Source: Aeromonas dhakensis (GTDB lineage Bacteria; Pseudomonadota; Gammaproteobacteria; Enterobacterales; Aeromonadaceae). From it: a stretch of 40,000 nucleotides of DNA. A model generated the notes under the pieces. It saw only the letters and a list, made by a program, of their open reading frames with translations. It did not search any database and was not told the origin of the DNA. Positions within the stretch are counted from its first letter, which is position 1; every line of letters begins with the position of its first letter. The position numbers and the translations under genes are program-made. The DNA lies in NCBI RefSeq assembly GCF_000820305.1, contig NZ_CDBH01000044.1:65668-105667 (forward strand), given 5' to 3'. Positions 8,429 to 15,079 of the stretch are shown piece by piece.

Positions 8429-10573
8429 TTACCCTTTGGCGGCGCTGCGCAATTTCGCCTTGAGCGCGCTGTATTCAGTCTGGACGTACACTTCCGCCCC
8501 CGGCTGATCCTCGATACGCTCAATTTTCACTGCGCAGTACTTGTACTCCGGCGTGTAGGAGACGGGGTCCACGTGCTCGATGGTGAGCTCGTTGCAGGCC
8601 CCGATCCACCACTGGTAGGTCATGTAGACCACCCCGGCGTTGACCCGCTCGTTGTAGTTGGCCCGGGTGATCACCTTGCCACGGCGCGACGAGATCCAGA
8701 CCAGCGCCTGATCCTTCACCCCCAGCTTTTTGGCATCGCTCGGGTGGATCTGCACATAGCCCGGCTCATCGGCCAGGGTCTGCAACGCCGAGCAGTTGCC
8801 GGTCATGGAGCGGCAGGAGTAGTGACCGACTTCGCGCACGGTGGAGAGCACCAGCGGGTACTCGGCACAGGGCTGCTCCAGCGGCGGCCGCCACCCGGAG
8901 GCAATCAGCTGACCCTTGCCGCTCGGGGTGGTAAACACATTCCCCTCGAACAGGGTGCTGGTGCCCGGGTGATCCTCGGTCGGACAGGGCCACTGCACGC
9001 TCTTGAGATCGGCCATCTTGTCATAGCTGACCCCGGCGTAGAGCGGGCAGAGTCCGCGCAGCTCGTCCCAGATCTGCTCGGTGTCGCGATACTCCATGGG
9101 ATACCCCATGGCGGTGGCCATCAGCGAGAAGATGGCCCAGTCCGGCTTCACGTTGTCCGGCGGCGTCACCGCCTTGTAGAAGCGCTGGAAGCCGCGATCC
9201 GCCGAGCTGTAGACCCCCTCGTGCTCGCCCCAACTGGTGGCGGGCAGAATGACGTCGGCCATCTCGGCAGTCTGGGTCATGAAGATATCCTGCACGATCA
9301 CCAGCTCCATCCCCGCCAGGGTGCGGCGGAACTGACCGAGATCTGCCTCGGTCTGGGCCGGATCTTCCCCAAAGATGTAGAAGGCCTTGCACTTGCCCTC
9401 CTCCACCTTGTGGCCAAGCTCGGTCAGTCGGTAACCCGGTTTCTGGGAGAGCGCATCCACCCCCCACGCCTTGGCAAACTTGGCGCTGATAGCGGGGTCG
9501 CTCACCGACTGATAGCCCGGGAACTGGTGCGGCAGCATCCCCATGTCGCAGGTGCCCTGCACGTTGTTCTGACCGCGTACCGGCCCGCAGCCAGTGCCAC
9601 GGCGACCGAAGTTGCCGGTCAGCAGCGCAATACCCGCGAGCCCCTTGACCACGTCCACCGCCTGACCGTACTGGGTCACCCCCATGCCCCACAGGATCAT
9701 GGAAGCAGGCGATGCGGCATAGGTGCGAATGGCGGCGCGGATATCGGCGGCTTTGAGGCCGGTGATCCCCTCCACGTATTCCGGGGTGTACTTGGCCACC
9801 GTGGCCTTGAAGGTGTCAAACCCTTCGGTGTAGTTGGCGACGAACGCCTTGTTGTAGAGCCCTTCATTGATCAAGACGTTGGCGAAGGCGTTGACCAGCG
9901 CCATGTTGGATCCGTTTTTGAGCGGCAGCCACTGATCGGCGATGCGGGCGGTCTCCACCATGCGGGGATCACACACAATCACCTTGGCCCCGTTGGCCTT
10001 CGCCTTCAGGATATGGCGGGCGACGATGGGGTGAGAGTCAGCAGCGTTGTAACCAAACACCAGCAGGCACTTGGTCTCTTGAATTTCGGGAATGGCGTTG
10101 CTCATGGCGCCGTTGCCTACCGTTGTCTCCAGACCGGAGACTGAGGGTGCGTGTCACACCCTCGCGCAGTGATCGACGTTGTTCGTCCCCAGCACCGCAC
10201 GGGCAAATTTCTGCATCACATAGTTGGCTTCATTGCCGGGGCCACGGGCAGAGCCGGTGGTCATGATGGCGTCCGGGCCATATTTCGCCTTGATGGCCGA
10301 AAGGCGGCTGCTGGCGAACTCGATGGCTTCGTCCCAGGAGACGGCTTCGAGCTTGCCACCGCGCTCGCGGCGGATCATCGGGCTCTTGAGACGGGGGGTC
10401 AGCAGGTTGGTGTCGTTCAGGAAATCCCAACCGTAATAACCCTTGAGGCAGAGCTGCCCCTCGTTGGTCCGGCCGTTGGCGCCTTCGGCCCCCACCACCT
10501 TGTCGTTTTCAACCAGCAGGTTGATTTTGCAACCGGTGCCGCAATAGGGGCACACGGTAATGACTTTTTTCAT
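8429..10573 (-). CDS. fdhF: formate dehydrogenase H, selenocysteine-containing (UGA-Sec at 10153-10151)
   Basis: Track ORFs 10154..10573 (MKKVITVCPYCGTGCKINLLVEN...NNVDHCARV) and 8429..10105 are in the same frame and are joined through a single TGA. Read-through gives ...[32 protein letters not shown]... This is colinear with E. coli FdhF around Sec140 (CCARVUHGPSVAGL). 714 aa including Sec. Confidence 0.92.
10112..10153 (-). promoter_or_regulatory. UGA-Sec codon plus bacterial SECIS stem-loop
   Basis: mRNA reads UGA CAC GCA CCC UCA GUC UCC GGU CUG GAG ACA ACG. There is a GUCUCC/GGAGAC stem with a GGUCU apical loop. The GGU CUG codons sit at the same distance (codons +7/+8) from UGA as in the E. 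coli fdhF SECIS. Confidence 0.7.
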
Positions 10574-10619
10574 GACTCACACTCTTGTTTGTTAACGAAA
10601 AACGGCTCGGCAAGCCCGC

Positions 10620-11219
10620 TCACACCCGCGCCGGCATCGCCAGCAGGGCCTCGGCACTGGCCAGCTGCTTCTGCCGGTTCAGGGTTTCAAGATGCTCCGG
10701 CGTGACCAGCCGCAGCGCCTGGGTCGGACAGACCTCGACACAGGCCGGGCCCGCCTCGCGGTGCTGGCAGAGATCGCACTTGAGCGCCTGCGCCTTGGTC
10801 TGCGGCCGCTTGAAGAGCGAATCGGCCGTGGGGGCCACCTCTTTCACCACCACCGCCATGGCGCCGTAAGGACAGGCCACCACGCAGGACTTGCAGCCGA
10901 TGCAGCGCGCCTGCAACACCTTGACGCAGCCATCCTCGGTGACGATGGCGTTGTTCGGGCAGGCCATGGCGCACGGCTTGTCTTCACACTGGCGGCAGAG
11001 CACCGGCGTGGTCACCTTGCTGCCGACGATCACCTTCAGGCGCGGCTGAAAATGGCTGTCCTTGGAGACCAGATGTCCATCCTCGATGGCAAGATGCAGA
11101 CCGCCCTCCCGCTCAAGGGTCCCGCTGCAGGACCCTGACTGGTGTGACACGGCGCAGGCCACCTCACAGGTACGACACCCAATACAGAGACTGGGATCTG
11201 CAATCACGAAGCTGTTCAT
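10620..11219 (-). CDS. hydN: 4Fe-4S ferredoxin-type electron transfer protein HydN
   Basis: 199 aa: MNSFVIADPSLCIGCRTCEVACAVSHQ...CRQCEDKPCAMACP...CIGCKSCVVACPYGAM...KCDLCQHREAGPACVEVCP. Four CxxCxxCxxxCP-type clusters. Closely colinear with E. coli HydN. Immediately upstream of fdhF. Confidence 0.85.
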   Translation of the reverse strand: MNSFVIADPSLCIGCRTCEVACAVSHQSGSCSGTLEREGGLHLAIEDGHLVSKDSHFQPRLKVIVGSKVTTPVLCRQCEDKPCAMACPNNAIVTEDGCVKVLQARCIGCKSCVVACPYGAMAVVVKEVAPTADSLFKRPQTKAQALKCDLCQHREAGPACVEVCPTQALRLVTPEHLETLNRQKQLASAEALLAMPARV

Positions 11220-11298
11220 AGAGAGGGATCCTAAATGGTTCGTTACACCCGACCGCCCTCACCCACCTGGCAGGCGACAACGCGGTCTGCCCCCACAA

Positions 11299-11314
11299 AG
11301 CATTTATCAGACCA
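11299..11314 (-). promoter_or_regulatory. sigma54 (-24/-12) promoter for hydN-fdhF
   Basis: Minus strand TGGTCTGATAAATGCT, with GG and GC elements exactly 12 nt apart. It resembles the TGGCAT/TGGCAC...ATGC sigma54 promoters of E. coli fdhF and hyc as I recall them. About 80 nt upstream of the hydN ATG. Confidence 0.55.
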
Positions 11315-11404
11315 ACACGGGAAGATGGCCGTCATAAAATCACAAGCCAATGAAAATAAAGGGGTAATCTGGATGGTGAAGGCGGTATTTGCCGCAACTG
11401 ACGA

Positions 11405-11460
11405 GGGTGACGAAGGGGCCAGCCCCCTGCTCGACATGACAAAAGTGACGAGGTCGACAC
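11405..11460. promoter_or_regulatory. candidate enhancer (FhlA UAS) for hydN-fdhF
   Basis: GTGACGA (11407-11413, 11445-11451) and TCGACA (11431-11436, 11454-11459) motifs lie 90-160 nt upstream of the -24/-12 element. The same two motifs recur upstream of the hyc sigma54 promoter (17353-17403). Confidence 0.3.
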
Positions 11461-11896
11461 TGGCTGACCAACCCCTGCTCCAGCCGCGTAACGGAGCCGT
11501 TCAAAGGCGTTTGGAGCAAGGATCGGCCGCCATAAACCTGATAAGCGGTGGGACAATATCCGGGAGAAAAGCCATACCAAGGGCCAAAAAAGGGGCTGTG
11601 AAGCACGCAAAAGCCGCCTGTGGCAGCGGCAAATTGCTTGGTTTCTCTATCTAGACAGCAGTCCATCATCAAGCAAAACCGAACAAAACAGGCCGTTTAT
11701 TGACTGATTTGTTGAGCCAGAGCCAGTTTTACACCCCTGCCCCTTTAGTTTTTTATTGCTCCTGTTAGTATGTGCCACTTGGCAACTAGTTATATTAAAG
11801 ATGTCCCAATAAAAGCGGTAAAATAGCCAACGCGATTGCAGAAAATATGGAGTCTAGTTGAATGACGAGACCAGTAAACATCAACTTGTAGGAAGT

Positions 11897-11939
11897 ATTT
11901 ATATCGATACTCATCAATTAAGTGAACATCGATATAAAT
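11897..11939. repeat. perfect 12-bp inverted repeat upstream of the ATPase gene (possible operator)
   Basis: ATTTATATCGAT (11897-11908), then 19 nt, then ATCGATATAAAT (11928-11939). The right arm contains a TATAAAT -10-like hexamer 45 nt upstream of the ATG at 11984. Confidence 0.8.
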
Positions 11940-11983
11940 ATCGACCAGTTAAATCACGATAACTCAACCGAAATCATATAAAA

Positions 11984-13666
11984 ATGAAAATATTATACAC
12001 ACCGAATATAAAATGGAATAAAAGCCCACCTGTTAATTTTGGTAGAGAAACAGTTTTATCATTAAGCGGTAATAATTGGGATGATTATGACTATAAAACA
12101 ACTCTAAATGCAAAGTTAATTTTTGATGGAAAAGTACTAGACTTTCACTTCAACTTGAAAATATTAATTAGAAATTCAACCTATACAGCTGAAACCCTAA
12201 ATGAACTTTGTTCATCAGGTTGGGATGGGCATTTCCCCATCCCCAAGCTTGATTATATATCCATACCATCAGATATTGATTTTTACAAAAGCCTGATTGC
12301 AAAAATAGGCCCCCAAAATACAGAAAAAACATTAGAAATTTTACATGATGCAAGTATATTATCTCATTCAGAAAAGCATCCATCTTATTCATTAACTAAC
12401 GATGATGGCTTCAAACTATCTCTATTAAGAGAAAGCGGGGCACATAAAGCATACTTAGATGGATGGAAAGTCCTTAAAGGAGAGCTATCTGAAGTTAAAA
12501 ATTTTACTTTGTTCATGCAGAGTCGTACTGGTGAAAAAAAAGAAATTCCATTTCAATTCGAATCATCACTACTTCCCTATGATATAAATGTGCTGATTGG
12601 GCCAAATGGAATAGGAAAATCACATAGTTTAAAAACTATAGTTTCTGGTTGGTTGCAATCTGAGGATAAAAAAGCTGAATTGTTTTTTGATAAGAGACCA
12701 AATATTGGCAGGCTAATTTTAATTTCATATAGCCCTTTTGAAGAGTTTGATTTAACTCTAAAAAAATCCAATCTTCTTGACAAGGCAGCCTACAAATACT
12801 TTGGATTTAGGCATCGAACAGGGACTGAAGAGGATGGAAGTGCAAAAATAGGAATTAACCGCAATCTACCGGCTTTCGACTCAAGTAATTCCCTGATAAC
12901 ATCAATTTATGATGATCAAAAAACTTCATTTATAATTGATAAAGTTAAAAAACTTGAAGCTGCAGAAAGAGCATTGAAGCCAGCTCTCGGTTATGACTAT
13001 CTAGCATTGGAAGTATTGCCTGAATCAGTGACAACATCGCTTAAAAACAAAATAACTGAAATTAAAGGGAGAAATTATCTAAAAATAGATAAAGATATTC
13101 CGTTGCTAATTGACAACTCAAATCTGGTTAATTTATGTAAATTAACGGAAGGGGTCAAGTTTATCTCAAATGGAGAAATTATTTCTTTAAGCTCTGGTCA
13201 ACGGTTATTCACATATATTGTGATAAATGTTCTTGGTTCTATAAGAGAAAACAGTCTAGTGGTAATTGATGAACCTGAGTTATTTCTGCATCCAACACTA
13301 GAAATCGAATTTATATCTCTTCTTAAAGCGATTTTAAAGCCATTCCGTTCAAAGGCAATTTTAGCAACACATTCATTGGCCGTTGTAAGAGAGGTCCCTT
13401 CAAAATGCGTTCATATATTTAAAGAAGTAGACGGGATTTTAGATATTATTCCACCTCCCTTTGAAACCTTTGGTGCCAGTGTCCAAAGGATATCTTCATA
13501 TGTGTTCGGAGATAGCTCTTTAACAAAACCTTTTGATGATTGGTTAAGTCGTCTAGTAAAGGATGAACCGGACGTTGATACTCTAATTTCTTTACTCGGC
13601 GATGAGATCAATGAGCAGTTGATAATGAAAATTTCAAAATTGGGAAGGTTACATAATGGTAACTAA
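11984..13666 (+). CDS. ABC/SMC-type (AAA_15/AAA_21-like) ATPase with an unassigned ~200-aa N-terminal domain; PtuA-like candidate defence ATPase
   Basis: 560-aa ORF in the low-GC islet. Walker A LIGPNGIGKS (aa 204-213, nt 12593-12622). Signature-like LSSGQR (402-407). Walker B LVVIDEPE (425-432). H-loop ATHS (461-464). About 190 aa are inserted between Walker A and the signature. Confidence 0.85.
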   Translation: MKILYTPNIKWNKSPPVNFGRETVLSLSGNNWDDYDYKTTLNAKLIFDGKVLDFHFNLKILIRNSTYTAETLNELCSSGWDGHFPIPKLDYISIPSDIDFYKSLIAKIGPQNTEKTLEILHDASILSHSEKHPSYSLTNDDGFKLSLLRESGAHKAYLDGWKVLKGELSEVKNFTLFMQSRTGEKKEIPFQFESSLLPYDINVLIGPNGIGKSHSLKTIVSGWLQSEDKKAELFFDKRPNIGRLILISYSPFEEFDLTLKKSNLLDKAAYKYFGFRHRTGTEEDGSAKIGINRNLPAFDSSNSLITSIYDDQKTSFIIDKVKKLEAAERALKPALGYDYLALEVLPESVTTSLKNKITEIKGRNYLKIDKDIPLLIDNSNLVNLCKLTEGVKFISNGEIISLSSGQRLFTYIVINVLGSIRENSLVVIDEPELFLHPTLEIEFISLLKAILKPFRSKAILATHSLAVVREVPSKCVHIFKEVDGILDIIPPPFETFGASVQRISSYVFGDSSLTKPFDDWLSRLVKDEPDVDTLISLLGDEINEQLIMKISKLGRLHNGN

Positions 13667-14567
13667 ACTTTCACCTCCAATTTATGATACAACAGACACA
13701 ATAAACCAAGTTGTGGCTGACAGAGTTTGGTATCGAGACTTCTTTGACTTGATTAAAGAAAATTGGTTGTTGCATATAAATAGATATGTAGAGAACAGAG
13801 GTAACCCGGAAGTTATTGCTCCACTTGATATATCTCCCTACATCACACAAGAGCGAATCATCGCAGAGGAAAACAAAAACCCAGAAGGTAATGCGCTACA
13901 GACGTTGGTTGAAAAAAGAACTGTCTCTCTAAAAGGGCTTTACGAGCCAGTAGAAGGAACTGAATTACATTCATATCTAAAGAATATGAGAGATAATCAC
14001 GGTCTTTTATTTTGTCCGGCATGTGGAGAGCCAGGAAAGCCAACAACCCTTGATCATTACTTACCACAGTCAAAATATCCAGAATTATCCATCGTGTTTG
14101 AAAATTTAACACCGATGTGCGACAAATGCCAAAGATTAAAGGATAATAATATTTTAAATGCTGAGGGAAATAAATTATTTATTCACCCATATTATGACCA
14201 AATTGAAACTATTCGCATTATGCTAGAAATTCTTCCACCTTATAATCACCCTGAGAGGTTTTTAGCAAAAGTGCCTGAAAATATAGGCTCCCCACTTAGA
14301 GAAATATGTGAAAGACACATTAAAGAAATAGACTTTGTAAATAGATTTGAAAACTACTGTATATCTGAATATTCTGATTTACTTGTAATTATTTCAGAGG
14401 AAAGAGATGAACCTGAAGGAGATAGTGTCAGAAAAATAGTAAGACGTTTTTTACGGAAGGCTGAAATTAAATCACCGAACCATTGGGAAGCTATTTTTTA
14501 TAGAGGGGTTTTAGAAAATAATGACCTTATAAACTTCTTGGAAACAGAGGAGCTATTTAATGATTAA
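13656..14567 (+). CDS. HNH (beta-beta-alpha-Me) endonuclease, Cys4 zinc type; PtuB-like candidate defence nuclease
   Basis: 303-aa ORF. The ATG overlaps the ATPase 3' end by 11 nt, with GGGAAGG Shine-Dalgarno 7-8 nt upstream. Core is FCPACGEPGKPTTLDHYLPQSKYPELSIVFENLTPMCDKCQRLK (aa 119-162): CxxC...DH...N...CxxC. Confidence 0.85.
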   Translation: MVTKLSPPIYDTTDTINQVVADRVWYRDFFDLIKENWLLHINRYVENRGNPEVIAPLDISPYITQERIIAEENKNPEGNALQTLVEKRTVSLKGLYEPVEGTELHSYLKNMRDNHGLLFCPACGEPGKPTTLDHYLPQSKYPELSIVFENLTPMCDKCQRLKDNNILNAEGNKLFIHPYYDQIETIRIMLEILPPYNHPERFLAKVPENIGSPLREICERHIKEIDFVNRFENYCISEYSDLLVIISEERDEPEGDSVRKIVRRFLRKAEIKSPNHWEAIFYRGVLENNDLINFLETEELFND

Positions 14568-14607
14568 CAATCTCTATACATTACAACTCTTTTAATTTGA
14601 AATTAGC

Positions 14608-14638
14608 GGTGCAATTCACTTCGTTCATTGCACCCTAC
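14608..14638. repeat. REP-like palindromic element, family A
   Basis: GGTGCAATTCACTTCGTTCATTGCACCCTAC (GGTGCAA/TTGCACC stem). Near-identical copies (30/31) occur at 17090-17120 and 17281-17311. Confidence 0.85.
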
Positions 14639-15079
14639 TTGCTGTCTCTTGATAAATAAAGACTCCATCGCAGCCTTACCCCCTCTCTATTTACTGCCAG
14701 AGCCCCCTCTTTATTGGTCAGCATTTTATCGTTTATTTCTTAGCCAGCTTGATGCAAAACGCTGGCAAAAATGGATAGCCAGCTAAAACAATCACTTGCC
14801 AAGGTCCGGGCGGGGCATTTCAATCGCTGGCCAATTAATAATTTCGTTAACCACCCCTTTTTGATTATTTATACCTGAGCATAAACCTACGACGGGTGTG
14901 TCATTATACCCTTAACGGCAGATGAACAGACTGTGTCCCATGATGAGCCTCTTTATATCCAGTTAGCTCCCTTTCCCATCGCAATCCATTAATGCGTTCC
15001 TGCGGCACCTGCCGCACGCCCGATAGACGGGGGCGGCCCGTGCTGGCCAATCGTCATCATCAAACTGACAGACAACTTC

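Larger units (their letters stand above)
11660..14607. other. low-GC (~30%) genomic islet carrying a two-gene ATPase + HNH cassette; boundaries approximate
   Basis: Abrupt compositional drop, for example 19/60 G+C in 12001-12060 against about 65-70% in flanking genes. Codons are A/T-ending. There are only two long ORFs and no integrase or transposase. The right edge abuts a host-type REP-like element at 14608. Confidence 0.75.

Noticed and set aside
5630-10144. Long plus-strand ORFs 5630..7558 (642 aa) and 8573..10144 (523 aa)
   Set aside because: They are antisense to fhlA and fdhF respectively. They have no recognisable motifs and look like high-GC antisense artefacts.
10106-10153. Apparent split of fdhF into two ORFs (possible pseudogene or frameshift)
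   Set aside because: A single in-frame TGA sits at the conserved Sec position, a SECIS hairpin follows, and selC/selA/selB are in the same window. This is recoding, not gene decay.
11235-11672. ORFs 11235..11654 (+, 139 aa), 11340..11672 (-, 110 aa) and 11332..11610 (-, 92 aa) upstream of hydN
   Set aside because: They overlap one another in several frames, have no motifs or Shine-Dalgarno, and cover the sigma54 promoter and putative UAS of hydN. The region is most likely non-coding control DNA.
11716-14704. 9-bp direct repeat GCCAGAGCC (11716-11724 and 14696-14704) as possible att/target duplication of the islet
   Set aside because: It is short enough to be chance. The right copy lies outside a host-type REP element (14608-14638) and in DNA of intermediate GC, so it does not coincide with the compositional boundary. 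There is no integrase to use it.
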